DNA of 63,778 nucleotides, counting the filler, from Ministeria vibrans ATCC 50519 (lineage: Eukaryota > Protista > Filasterea), in NCBI GenBank assembly GCA_943704425.1. It is 5 parts of 5 records of this genome, joined end to end, with 100 filler letters (N's around TTAATTAATTAA, not from the genome) between each part and the next. Parts side by side here need not be neighbours in the genome. Positions count along the whole stretch, not along the records: positions 1 to 31,420 come from CALSCP010001900.1; 4 more parts are not named here. The stretch is one strand, 5' to 3'. A program made the position numbers and the translations under genes. The notes under the pieces are model-generated. The model worked only from the letters and a program-made list of their open reading frames with translations, searched no databases and was not told the DNA's origin. This document shows positions 11,501-25,069 of the stretch, in pieces; the stretch's first letter is position 1; each line of letters starts with the position of its first letter.

Positions 11501-14500
11501 CGACAATGCTGTTTGCGCGTCGCGTCGACTCGGCCGACATCACCAAAGACGTGTTGCACTCGCGTGCCATTGAGACCTCAGCGCGATTGCTAGATCAGCT
11601 TATTGCCATGGAACGTGCGCGTCTGACAATTGCCTGTAATCATGCTGGTGACGACCGAGGCCGAGGCCTTGCCGCGCGGGTTGCGCCCGCTCCCACTGCT
11701 ACTTCTTCTTCCTCGTCGGCGTCCTCTTCTACGTCGGCGTCAACTTCTTCTTCCTCTGCAGCCGCTCACACCGAATCTGGTGGTGCTTCACTGCTGTCGG
11801 CAGTTCTCGAGCACGTCGCCGATGCAGTGGACGCTATTGTATTGAGTGATCAGTGCGACGACGGTGAGCGCGAGAAGGGCTTCGGCGAAATGCACCAGAT
11901 CACTCGGTTGCCAAATACCCACGGAGTCGGCTGGGGCTACTCGGGCTCGGCGGACGCTATTGCTTTTGAGGTGGACGTACCCGTGTTTATCGCGGGTATA
12001 CAAGTCTTTGGTGGCTCCGCGGGCACCTACGAGGCACGCCTTGCCATTCTCGAGGGACGCAACAGCACTGGGGGAACGATTGTGGGCGAGTGCGATGTCA
12101 AGTGGGACTGGGCCGAGGGTGACGAAGATCGCCAGATGGTGTACTTTGACGAGCCCGTATTAGTGCCCGCAAGCACTCCGCATGTCTTTACGCTCACAGT
12201 TCGGACACGCATGCGCTCCAAGTCGGGTGCTCAAGGAATCGCAAACGTCGAAGGAGCTGGCGGTGTCAACTGGCGCTTTATGGACGCGTCGGGTGGCACC
12301 AATGGCACCAGCACCAGTGGTGGACAGGTCCCTGGCATTGCCTATCACTTGGCCTCGGGTGATTCTCATTCTTCCTCTTCATCGTCGTCAGCTTCCGCCT
12401 CGTCGTCGTCGCACGCCAGTGCCAAGGCGAGCGGAAAGCACAAGTCAAAGAAGGCCTCAAAGTCGAGCAAGGGTGCGAAGTCATCGTCGAGCGACGACAA
12501 GGGGAGCAAGGATGCAGCTGGCGGCGAAGCTGGCGATGCGGCGGACACGGCTACTGGCGGCGCAACGACACAGAGTCACTCACTGCGCCACAAAATTGAC
12601 TTGCATGCCGAGGCGTTGCGTCGTCTCCTGTCGCTCTGTGATTGGCTTGTGCTCAATACCGAGGCGCTTGTGAGCCATGTCGAGCAGACGCTTGTCGAGA
12701 TGGGTGCGCCGGAGGGAGAGCAGCCAACGTTGCTTCGTGACATTCTCAGTCGTTGCTCGCTCGTGACCGATGTCTTTCCGCTTGCAATTCATCGCATGGG
12801 CATTCTCACGGGTGTCTACACGGAAATTGCACGAGCGTACGCGGGCACTTTTGAGTCGCTGTCCATGCGACTGGATCGTCTCATCAACAATGGCTCGTCG
12901 GCGGAAGCGACCATCTCTGCCGTGTTACCGGCCACCACCCATGGCTACCATCGTGCGATCATCGAATCGTCACAGCACCCTTATGCGCCCGCCTCCGAGC
13001 AGCAGTGGGAGGTGAACTTTCCGTCGTCTGTTGACTGGATGATTTTGGAATTTGACCCGCAGTGTGCGACGTGCCAGCGCGAGGACACTTTTGAGTTACT
13101 GGGCGTTGACGCCGACGATCAGTTGGTGCCTCTCAACGCTCTTTTTGGCGGACCATCGAGTGTGTCAATTGCCAACGAGGAAGGAGCGCGTGATGCAGCG
13201 CTCAAGAACGCAATGACGTGGGGACAGAGTCTCTGGCCTACAACTGCCCTGGTGATTCCTGGTTACCGCCTCGTCGCACGATTCAACTCTGCCAGCAACT
13301 ATGCCAATGTTGAGGGCAATGAATGCTGGGGTGTGCGCGTGACCATTATGGGTCATGCAGCGCCCTCGCGAGGCGGTCTTGATCGACTGCGTCATGCACA
13401 AAACGAGTGTGCTATGGCGTTGGGCGAGTCTCTTGTGCAGCTGTGTAGCGCTCCGCAGACTGGCGGCGTTTTGGCACAGCGCTCGGCCATTGTGGAGAAG
13501 TTCAACGAAGAGCTACTCTCCTCGTCGTCGTCATCTTCATCATCACCATCCTCGTGGTCGCCGTCGTCGTCGCCGCCGTCGCTCGTTGCCTTTGCTGACA
13601 TGGAGCTTACGGTGCGCGCCGTTATTGCATGGCTTGCCAAAAAGTCCGATGACGAAGCGTCGGCGGCGTCGTCTGATGGGTCCGGCGACGCGTCGTCTTC
13701 CGCCTCGTCGTTGTTATCGTCGGGCGGCGGCTCTTCAAAAGGTGGGTCGCGTAAGAAGGAGGGCGGTAAGCCTATGAAGGCACGTCGTGGCAAGGTGAGC
13801 GACGTGAAGCGCGACGCTAACTATTTGAAGGAAGTCGAGTCACTTCCGATGCTCATGAGCTGCCCTAACTGGGTACTTGAGGTGATTTCAGGCAGTGTTG
13901 AGGCGAAGGAGGAAGGCGGCGACGAGGGTGCGGTGACGTGCAAAACCAACATGGGATGTGCACGTCTGAACTGGGGCGTCTCCAAGGGAGTACTCGCCTG
14001 GGACGTGACCATTGTTGCGGAGACAATGGACCAGGGCACCTGCCTGGGGGTCACGTTGGCTGAGACGGGCAGCATCACGCACGGACACATTGTGTACGAC
14101 ACCAAGGGTTTGTACGTGTGGCGAGGCTTCAATGGCATGCTGCATCGCAGCGGCGAGACTGCCGGTCATGTTCCAGCGCGTCCTCAAGATCGCTCGTCGC
14201 ACGTGTCGACTGGACGACGCATTGTCAAGGACGATGTGATGCACTTTGTGCTTGACCTGCGACCAGGCAGCACCGGCAACGGTCGCCTCTTTGTGAGTCT
14301 CGACGACGAGGACGACTACCGTCTCATGTTTGAAAATCTCTGCGACGAAGTCGACAACCAAGGACCCCTCTACCCGGTTGTAGCACTTTACTCACAGGAC
14401 GGTAACTTTCGTCAGAGTGTCGTGAGCAATGTGCGCGCCGACCCAACTGTTTTCCAGGAAATGGGCATTGCACCACCGAGCGGCTCTGGCTCGCTCTCGT

Positions 14501-15277
14501 CGCCGTTTCTCTCCTTGGATCCACGCGTGGCTGCCGAGAAGGATGCGGCCCGTCGTGAGGCTCTTCAGCTTCTCTCGATGCCCCTGTTTTCCGGTGGTCT
14601 TGGCGACGAGGCAACCAGTGCTTCTATTCCTGCGACGGGCGATCCAGCCCCCAATCTGTCACTTGACGAGGCACTTGCGCAACTGCCTTCGCTGGCGCGA
14701 ACCTTCCTGGAGCGATTCATTGAAGGTGCTTCCGACAAGAAGCAGGTAGCGAGTGGCGAAGCGAAGCACAACGACGATGGCGACGGTGACGCCAAGGTCG
14801 ACAAGGATGGTGTCGAAGGTGTGAATGATGGAGAACGATCGGCGTTGGTAGCGCGACTGCCTGAGCTCACGCCCGGAGCGCGACTCTCTGCCTGGCTTGA
14901 GGACGCGTACAATCAGTTGCTCAAGGTGGGTATTCAAGAAATTGATGCGGCGTCGCGCGACGACGAGAATGCGAATGTTGACGATGAGGGTGAGGATGGC
15001 CGCAAGGGACGACGCTCGCCTGGTCGCGTGACCTTTGCCAGCAAGGACATCATTGCTCCCGCGCCCAAGGCTCCAACGACAGCGGTGACACCGTGGAAGA
15101 CGATTGACGGCGAGAGTGGGGATGCGGAAGATGAGGAATGGGAAGACGTGGATGACGGGAACAGTGGTGACGAGGAAGAAGAAGAAGAAAAAGAAGGGGA
15201 TGAAGAAGAGGAAGTCGACACGACGCCGTCTGCTGTTGAGGACGAATCCAAGGATATCTCCAAGAGTAGTGACGAGA

Positions 15278-15338
<61 letters not shown>

Positions 15339-18300
15339 CGACGACGACGACGGGTGGGAGGACGCGGACAGTGATGCGTCTGGGGAGCTCTTGTCGGACG
15401 AGACGTCCGAGAGTAAGAAGTCAGCGACGTCGGGCACGTTGTCGCCGTCGGCGTCAGCAGGCTCTTCCTCATCCTCAAGTGCACCCGCGAAGACATTTTT
15501 GGATGATCCCCGTGAGGCGTTCAGCTATGACGCTGATGATGCGGAGGCGATGCGCAGCGTTTTTGCATCTTCCTTGTGGCACTTGGACATTGTTGACGAC
15601 GCGTACGCCGCTGCGACTTTCCTTCGTCTGCGACCCGACCATCGTCTTGAGGACGTGTTACGAATGAAAAGCGAAGCAGCAGCCGCAACAGCAGCAGCCG
15701 CGGCAGCAGCAACCGAGGTCGAAGAAGAGACCGACACGGCTGACGCGGACGCGGGTCCATCGTCAGGGACAGATGAATCCAACTTCACTGCAACAACAAC
15801 GACCACTACGACTGTGGCACCAGCAAGCAAGGAGATGGAGTTTTGTTCGTCGTCGTTTGTGGTGATGAGCAAGGCCACCAAGGGCATGCAAGAGGCATGC
15901 GATGCATTTTGTGAGACGCTCCCACCAGTGCTTGCACATCTGTTCCGCTTGTGGCGCTTTACTGCCGATGCGGTGCGTCAGGCACGATGCGAAGAGAAGG
16001 TGTGCGCTCAGCTGAGCGCGTCCAAGGACAAGCCGTATGGATGGGCGGCACTTGTGGCGCGTCGAGTGGAACCCATTGTGCACGAGGAGGTCGAGGGTGA
16101 CCATGGACGCTTTGTGCGTGTTATGTGCCGTCTCATGGACGACCGACAGACATTGGATGCGGCTGTGTGCGATATCAAGGAGTTGCGCAAGTACATCGCA
16201 ATGGTGGCGATGAACGTGCCGGCCACATTAGATGGCCTGCAGTTGGATGTGTCGGGCAAAGGTCCGAGTGCCTTAAGCAGCCATGGTCTCGATTTGCCAC
16301 CGGGCTGTGAGCACTTTGTGCTTGGGAAGAAGAAGAAGAAGGGCTCGGATGGGCGTGAGGGGAATGTCAAGAAGAAGAACAAGTCGATGGCTGGCGGACC
16401 ATTTGCTGGGATTATTGCGCCTTTCCCCAATGAAGACGAAGACCACGACGATGAAGATGACGATGATGATGAGGATGATGAGGATGATGATATGTGGGAT
16501 GATGAAGAGGACGATGAAGAGGACGATGAAGAGGATGAGGATGAGGACGAGGAGGACGACGATGGCGATGACGACGAGGAAGAGCAGGCAAAGGGCTTTA
16601 TGGGCGTGTTTAGCGACGACGACTGGGGCGAGCGTCCAAAGCAGAAGAAAAGGGTGGCGGCGAAGAAGATGAAGGCGAAGAAGAAAATTCATGACTTTGC
16701 GTTTGGATGGGGAGAGGATGACCACCAGTATATCGATGAGGATGGAAACGATAGCGATGACGACGACGACGACGACGACGACGATGATGATGATGATGAT
16801 GATTATGATGATGATGACGATGATGACTACGATGATGAAGACGACGATGATGAGGATGATGATGATGAAGAAAATGTGTCTGACTCTGATTTGAGCGAAT
16901 CAGCCGAGGGACCTAGTAGGGTGGCTTTTGGTGTGCCTGGGGGCACGACCAACTCAACGATAGCCAAGAGCTGGTGCAAACTGACGCCCATGGTGCTGGA
17001 AGAGATGGTGGCGCTTACACGACGCCGCGCGGCGCTGCCCCTTGAGCTACCGGCTGAAGACAAGCGGGAGCTCGACAAGGGCAAGTCACGACTGTTGCCC
17101 GTGAGCGGAGTCGATATGAAACTGCCGTCTGGCGAACAGGTGGTTCGCCAACTCAAGGCAGGCCCTGTGCCACCCATGCACGACGACTACGACCGTGAAT
17201 ACGACTCCGACGACTCCGACGACGCCGACAACGACGGTCACGCTCTGCCAATGGGCTACCCGATGTCGGCCAAGGCCAAGGGCATTCACTACTTTGAGGT
17301 GGAGATGGTGGACATGGGCGAGCCGGACAGTGCCTCGGCGGTGGGGCTTCTCCCTGTGAGCAAGGAGGGCATGTCGGGTCATCTCGGCTGGAATGGACAC
17401 TCGTGTGGCTACCACAGCGATGACGGTGGCCTGTTTGGCTCGCGCATGCCGCGCCAGCGAACCTTTCACGAGGGCGATGTAATCGGTTGTGGCTGGGTGC
17501 CGTCACTGAAGTACGTTTTCTACACGCACAACGGTGACGATTTGGGGCCGGTCTACCTGCCAGGTTTTGTCGACAAGGCGTGGAAGGGCGGCGTGGAAGA
17601 CTTGCGACCGGCTGTGACGTGCCAGGACGGCGGTGTGATGGTCTTCAACTTTGGTGACTCGCCGTTTGTCTCACAAGAAATGGAAGTACGTCGTCTGGCG
17701 GCTCTTGCTGCCAGTGCGTCTGCCAATGGCAGTGGCGGAGGAAAAGAAGCGGCATCCTCAAGCACCGCTTCAGCCGGAACGGCGACCGTAGGTGCTACTG
17801 CTTCGCCGGCAGTTGACTTGGACGGCGGTGCGACTTCTTCTGGTGCTGCTAGTGCTATCATTGGTGCTGTTATTGGCGCAAGTGGTGCTGTTGGTGTCAA
17901 GGCGGAGACGGACACTGCAAAATTCCCAGTGGATCCGGCGGCTGTTGACATTGTTGGCAAGGCAACGGCCAGTGCCATGTACCAGCGTGGTCTGCTGCTT
18001 CTGCAAATGCTGCGTCGACAGCATGCCATTGGCGAAGCAAGCAATATTACAAGTGCGCCGCTGCCGTCGGCCGTCAAGGCCGAGTCTATCGCGCAAGAGG
18101 AGACGCTGCGTGCGATGGAACAGGCGGGCGTCGAGCCGACTGCGCGTCAGGGTACTATTTCTCCAATGGTACCGTCTGCCTCGAGTCGTCGTGCAGCATT
18201 TCACCATCGCTCGGTGTCTACAGTCGCTGCCAAGACAACATCTTCGCGGCCCCCGAGCGGCTTGGGGCCTTTGGCGGTCGAAAAGCGTGCCGCTGAAATG

Positions 18301-20783
18301 CCGGTGTCAGCGAGTGTGCCGACACCGCACGAGTCCGTGGGAGGTTCGCCGACGGTTCGTCGTGCTCCGCCTCTCTACACGCGCTCCGTTTCAGTGGATT
18401 CGTCGTCGTCCCCGGCACGGGCGTCGCCCAGCCGTGGTCGGACACCCGCAACCGATGGATTCGATGTGGAGAGCATTGCCTTTGACGGCGACGGCCTGCT
18501 CAACAGTAGTAGCGGTGTGTCGAGCAGCGGTGGTGGAGTGGATACGTCCATGACGGCAATTATGGCACCGGTGGTGGACGACGCGCAGTTGATGATGAAA
18601 CCGAGTGCAGCACTCACATCGGTGATTCAACAGGTAGCGGCAAGTCCTAGCCGCAACGATGTGCGCGACATTCTCTATGTGTGTGTCGAGACCAATGTTG
18701 AGGCGACGGTGGTACAGCGTGTGAGTTCGACGCTGAAGCAGCTTGCGAGCGAGCTCCGACGAGTATTTGCGTGTGCTCAGCGTCTGGTGGAGTCATCGCG
18801 TACCAAGAGTGTCATTGAGATTGTTCTGTGGCACATTGGGTCGTTGTTGCATGCGGGCGAGCGCGCGCAGGACGACTTGGTGACTGTGGACACGCCCGTT
18901 CTGCAGCCGTTGCTTGGCTGTGATGTGCGCACCGTTGCGCTGGTGCGTCGCTCACTTCACCTGCTGCTCGATGCGGTCGCAGAGCATCTGTCACTGAAGG
19001 GTGATGAGACATCGCAGCAAATGATTTGCTGGTTGGCTCTGCGTTGTTGGTGTGCGCCACTGTCACAGCTGGACAAGGCGCTGCTCACCCGCTCGTCTGT
19101 CTTTGACTACCTTCGTGATCTCATGACCACAACTGGCGACAACGACACGGAGTTGTCGTTGACATCGTCGTCGTCGTCGTCGTCGTCATCGTCATCGTCG
19201 TCGTCATCGGCAAGCACTGCAATGGCTGGCATCGATGCGATTGGTTGTGGCAGTGTGTGTGCTGTCAGTGCGTCAGTGGATATTACCAAGGATGTCGAGA
19301 TGACAGTGTCGACGGGAGAAGCGCGGCGTGCCGCATTGACGGATGCGTCGACGGAGACGTTTTGGGAGAATGAGATGGGTGGTGGTTTGGGTCAGAATTC
19401 GGTGATTACAATGGCTGTGCCGGCGGGCGACGATGGCGACGTTGTTGTCTGTGGCGTGTTTGTACATGTGGACATGACACGTGACAAGGAACGACGGGTG
19501 TCGTCTCTGTCGCTGTCGGTGGGCGAGACAGCTGCGTCGATGGACCAGAGGGTAGTCGACACGGTTGTGGTTCCCAAGACGTACGTCGGCTGGATTCGTC
19601 TTGGTGGCACATCGCCAGTCGTGATGTGCGTCAAGGGAACGCGGTCTCGAAGGGATACGGCAAGCACCACGGGTCGTGTCATGCTGCTCACCGTGCGCGG
19701 TGTATCTGAGCAGGCTCGTCTCCGTGGCATTCGTATTATGGCGCGACCGGTACCCGCCAAGCTTGATGCGAGCCACGAAGAGGTAAACCAAGGAGATTCT
19801 GTTCTTTGTGTGTTACGTTAATTGATGTGAATTGAGCCTTTTTTTGTTATCATTAATAATAATTAATAATTATTTTCTTTTCTTCTTCTTTTGTTGTTAT
19901 TTTATTTTTTTAGACTCTTCCGGTGAAAGAGAGGGCGATGGAGTCGTTCCGACGATTGGCTGGTGCCGTGTTTGACTTTATGGTGGGAGGAGGAGGAGGA
20001 GGAGGAGGAGGAGGAGGAGGTGCGGTGGGACCGACGGAAGGAGCCGACCCATTGCGACGCGATGCCACGGACATGAGCCAACGCATGACTCGGTATTTGT
20101 TCTCAAGCCAGGCACAAGGAGCGGGCATGCACGAGCGACTGTACCAGTTGATTGTGAAGGAGCTGCGCAGCGAGGCCGAGACGATTGCCTCGAACGATGA
20201 CTATGTCTTTGAGCTGGTGTCGTTGGTGCTGTCGTTGGCGGACACACAGCAAGGACGTACGTTGATTACGGCGGGCGACGCTCCACTGATTTGCTCGCTG
20301 CTGCGGCTTCTTGGCGCTAGCACGGCGCGTGTACAGCGCCAGGTGATTTGTGTGCTTCGACGTGTGCTGCCGCACTACACGGCGTTTGAGCTGGACCAGG
20401 CAGCATGTGTGCCCGCGAATCTGCTTCTCGGGGCAGTAGCGCGCGGTATGCTCATGCAAAGTGCGGAGAAGGATGTGGTCGAGGCGGCAACGAAGGGAGA
20501 AGACGAAGACGGTGAAGGAAAGGAGGCGGAAGCGGAGACGGCACTCATGACAGGTCGGGGTGCGCTTGCTGTCTACCTGCTGTTGTGCATGGGCAAAGGT
20601 ATGGAGATGCAGGCGAAGGGGCGGGAGGCAGGCAAGACCGCGTCGGTGCGATCGCGTATGGAAGACCTTGCGTGGGCGCAGTGTGTTCCGGGAGATTTTG
20701 AGGCAGACGTGCTGACGGAACTGGGCGAATTGTTGCGAATGTTGTGGCAAGTGGACTCGGCGACTAAGGAGGGCGACGACAAG

Positions 20784-20818
<35 letters not shown>

Positions 20819-23005
20819 AAGTGACGAAGGCGACGATGATGACGCTGCGAAACAGAAGCGACAGCATGCGAGTGTGGTGGCCCTGTTGCGCTCGAGTGCT
20901 ACAAGCGACACGACCTTGGACTGTGGCGGTGGCGGTGGCGATGCTGGTACATCGTGGGCTGTGGCGTTGCGTGCGGTATTCCGTGGAGCCATTGGCTATG
21001 CACCATCTGTGTTGGCCAAGAAAGTTGCTGCAGGGTTGGCACCCGCAGGCTATCCCAAGGAGGCGCCTGTTTGGCTTGTGGTGGGTGCGCTTTGTCTGGG
21101 CGGACACGCTGCCGAGGAGGTATCTTTGTTGGCGGCACTGGATCCTGCTGCAGTTGAGGAGGAGGAAGAAGAGAAGATGGAGGAGAAAGAGTCTGTGGTG
21201 GCTGTTGCTTCAGACGTGAAGGAAGATGGCGAAGGGACTGTGGAGACACAGGAGAAGGGGGAGGAAATGCCCAAGAGATACTGTGACAACCACGACGACG
21301 GTGCGACGCTGGGCGTGGTGGTCTGTGCCGCTTGTGATGGCATGTCGCTGTGTGTGGAATGCGATCGTGTATTGCATATGCCCAAGGCGAAGCGATTGCA
21401 TGTGCGTGCTCGGTTTGATGGCAAGACAGCTAATGAGGTGATTGAAGCGTCGGGTGCGGCGGCCTTAATTGGAACGAGTGGGGGTGTGTCGAGTGTTGCG
21501 AAGAAGAACGGCAGTGGTGGCGGGGCTGTTGAAGATGGCTTGAAGGCGGCGATGAAGGTGCAGGTGGACGCGGGAGCAGGTAGTGTGCGACTGCGACTGT
21601 CGTGGATGTCGTTGCTGGTGCATCTGCAGCAGCAACTTGCCGTACTGGAGGTCAAGCGATCGCCCATGGCTGCTGATGGGTCTGTTCCCGGCTCTGGCGG
21701 ACATGGTCGTGCATTGGGAGGAGCGAGCGGCGCGTCTGGTGGGAGTGGTGGTGTGGCAGGAGGCGAACCGCAGGTGTGTCGGTTCTGCAAGAGTGACCTG
21801 ACGGCTGCGACACGGTTTGAAGGGAACGCCGAGTGCCCTGCGTTATCACTTGTGTGTCGCGAAGAGGAGTGTCGCGAGGCGGCGACGCAAAGCTGCACTG
21901 CGCTGCTTGGGTGCGGCCATGCGTGCTGTGGCGTGCGCGACGAGGAAGAGCATCTGCCGTGTCTGCACGCGGACTGCTGTGCAGAGCGTGGAGACACGGT
22001 CGACGGCGACGAGTACTGCAGCGTGTGTTACACGGGCTCGCTGAGCGAAGAGCCATGTCTGCGACTTGGCTGTGAGCACACGTTTCACGCCCAGTGTCTA
22101 CGACGGGTGTTGGAACAACGATGGAACGGGGCTCGCATCAGCTTTGGGTTCATGTCGTGTCCGCTGTGTCGTACCGACATCCAGCATGCGCATCTACGTG
22201 AGCTGCTTGAGCCGCTGGAGGCACTGCGCGAGACAGTGCGCACCAAGGCTAAGCTGCGCCTGACCTACGCAGGACTTGACAAAGTCCCTGAGCTCACCGA
22301 CAAGACGAGTCGCTTTCACGAGCAGCCCGTCGAGTATGCCATGGACCGCTTCAGCTACTACCCCTGCTACGTGTGTGCCGACCCTTACTACGGCGGTGAG
22401 CGCGTCTGCGGCGCTGCTCCCGGCGACTTTGATCCCTCCGAGCTTGTCTGTCCCAAGTGCCAGCCCCACAGTGCCGAGAGCCGCTGTCCCAAGCACGGCG
22501 ATGATTTTATTGAGGTACCTCTCGAGAATGTGTTGTGATCTTTTGCATATTAATGCGTCGTGTTTTTTTTTAATTATTTTTCTTTTTAATTTTTTTATAT
22601 ATAGTTCAAGTGTCGGTACTGTTGCACGTAAGTCGACATCAAACACAAGACAATTTTTGATCTTGACTGAGGATACGGAATTTTTATTATAGTGTTGCGG
22701 TGTACTTTTGCTTTGGAACAACACATTTTTGTGAGCGATGCCATTCGGACACGGGTCGAATGGGCGATCTGTTTAGTTCAGGGAAACTGCCTCAATGTCC
22801 TTGTGGTAAGTGTGATTGTTTCTTTGTGGTGTGTGTATGTGTGTGTTGATGATGTGCCGTGTGTGTTTTTTTTTTGTTTCTGTGTTTGTTAGGTCCGCTT
22901 GGCAAACAGTTGGTGGGAGAGTGTCCATTGGGTGTTAAGCATCCCCCGGGAGGACAGGAGTTTCCGCTTGGTTGTGGAGTCTGTCGTCAGGCACAGACAT
23001 TTTGA
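5506..23005 (+). CDS. MYCBP2: Giant MYCBP2/PAM/Highwire/RPM-1 (PHR) family RING-Cys-relay E3 ubiquitin ligase, ~5708 aa; exons 5506-19782, 19914-22514, 22605-22627, 22693-22805, 22893-23005
   Basis: N-terminal [16 protein letters not shown] motif; RCC1-like repeats (~7870-8960); two PHR domains ([11 protein letters not shown] ~9910-10385; [13 protein letters not shown] ~11890-12350); [16 protein letters not shown] module (~12955-13355); DOC/APC10 ([11 protein letters not shown] ~19280-19745); B-box [16 protein letters not shown]; [27 protein letters not shown]; tandem-cysteine domain ending [11 protein letters not shown]. All four GT-AG introns keep the frame. Confidence 0.93.
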
Positions 23006-23283
23006 GAGACATACAGAGAAGAGAGGTCGAGAGAGGGGAGATTGATTTACATTGAGATTAAGATTGAGAGATTCAAGGCGAAATGATCACTTTATTCAGA
23101 GGTTGTCTGAGGTTCGTTTGTGGTAAAAGCATGGCTTCTCTTTAATCCTTCAGTTTTGTCTCGACATCGAATCAAAATCTGAAATTTTTATTAGTATTCC
23201 CTATTCCTAAATAACAATCATTTTGCAATTTGCTCGCCATTGGCTGATCTGGTTCCCTTCTCCCTCTTGAATTGTGACTTGTC

Positions 23284-25035
23284 ATGGAGCGGATTGAGGT
23301 ATGTGTGCGAAGGAGAGAGAGAGAGAGTGGGAGGAAGCGAAAGCCAATTGAAATGTGCTGTTAGAATGGCGAAATCGGCGATCTTCTGTCGTCTGTTGGC
23401 AGCGACGAGGATCTCACAGCGCTGAGACCGCTCCTGCCAACCCTTGTACAGTATTTCCGGGCCGCGCCGGCGTCTTCGTCGACTGTGGCGGCGGCGTCCG
23501 TCCTGGCGTCCTTCACCGCCACCGACACGATCAACGACCACTGGGCCGTCGCCATGTCTGCCTTGCGCGCGACCGTCACGGAGCAACGGCAGCTGCTCTC
23601 GCTGATGGCGCCTTCGTCCATGCTTGCGTTGCGCGCAAGGCAGCATGCGACGGCGTCCAACGGCACCAACGGCGACAACGACGGAGGCGACGACGACGGA
23701 GGCGACAAGTGGCTCTGCAGTGTGCTGCAGCACTTGCTGCATGCCGAGCGCGTGATGCAGCTGCTGGATGAATCGCAGCTGGACACGGCGAGCAGCAAAG
23801 TCATTGGCGAGTTTCATCAACGCTACTTGGAACTGTCAGTCGAACTACGCGACGTGCCCACCCTCACCAACGCCTTTTCTGACGCCATTTGCGTCCTCTT
23901 GCATCGCCTTCCCGACGAGCTTCCTCCCGCGGCTGCAGTACGCTCGCTTGTGTTTATGGGTGTACCCGTGGCCGTTGTTGCAGCGATTGTCGCCAACTTT
24001 CCATCTTCCCTCGACGAGACCATCCAGTCGCTGCTCTCTCTCGTGTCGCCTCCCGATTCTACCATCACCGCCATCAACAACAATGCTTTGCTGCCCCCAA
24101 CAAATGCACCCGCGACTCTGACGGCCGCGCGACGCTCGCTGGCGACCGTTGCTCAGATCTATGTCGCCAAAGTGGCCTCCGTGGCGAGCCACCGCGCTCA
24201 CTCTGTCCGTGCCATGCTTGTGGAGCGTCGCGTACTGCTAGAGCTTACTTTTACGCTGACATGGGAGCACTGCTGCGACGACGTGCTCTTTCTTAATGGA
24301 CTGCTGGGCCACGATTCAACGCGTCAGTGGGTCTCGGACTACCTGGCACAGACGGCGGCACAGGCAGGCCGCAGTGTGGTGGCGGGCAGTCCGGGCGCCC
24401 GCAACGCGACTGTGCGTGAGCTGTGTGACCACCTACGTGCGTGCTCCCTCTCTGCGTGCAGTGCGCCTCTCACTCATCGCTGTGCCGTTTTGCGTTTGCT
24501 CTGTCTCGCGACCGGTCTGCTCGGTCTGCGTCTCACCGAGCTCGAAACATCTGCGTGCATGAAGCTTATTGCATCGGCCAGTCTGGGCGAAGCTACCCGT
24601 CGCTTCATCGAACTCTCCCTCTGCTTTGTGCTCATTTGTCCACACTTGTCATCGCTCGCCAAACCCGAAGTGATCAACTGGGCCACCGCACTGCTCCAGC
24701 GTAACCCCTCAACAGCAACAGCGGCTGACAACACACACATTCACGCTGAAATGGTCCTGTTGGTGGCCATTCACTTTCACAACAAGCAGCTTGAGAGCAT
24801 TGCTGAGCTGGTGCGTACCACACTGAGCATGCCGGTGCAGCTACACTCGGCTTCGCTCGTCGAAATGGGTCAGCTGTTCACCACGCGCGTGTTTACCACT
24901 CGCCAGATTGCACGCTATGCCTTGCAGGTGCCCGTGACACCTCAGCTGTCGGCCCACCACGAAGGATTCCTGCCCATCCACTGTGTGTACCAGCTATTGA
25001 CGGGCGGAGGGGCGAAAACGGCTGAGCAAGGCGCA

Positions 25036-25069
<34 letters not shown>

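Noticed and set aside
5606-19791. Many overlapping and antisense ORFs inside MYCBP2 and other long genes
   Set aside because: Shadow frames of GC-rich codon usage and trinucleotide tracts; no recognisable domains.
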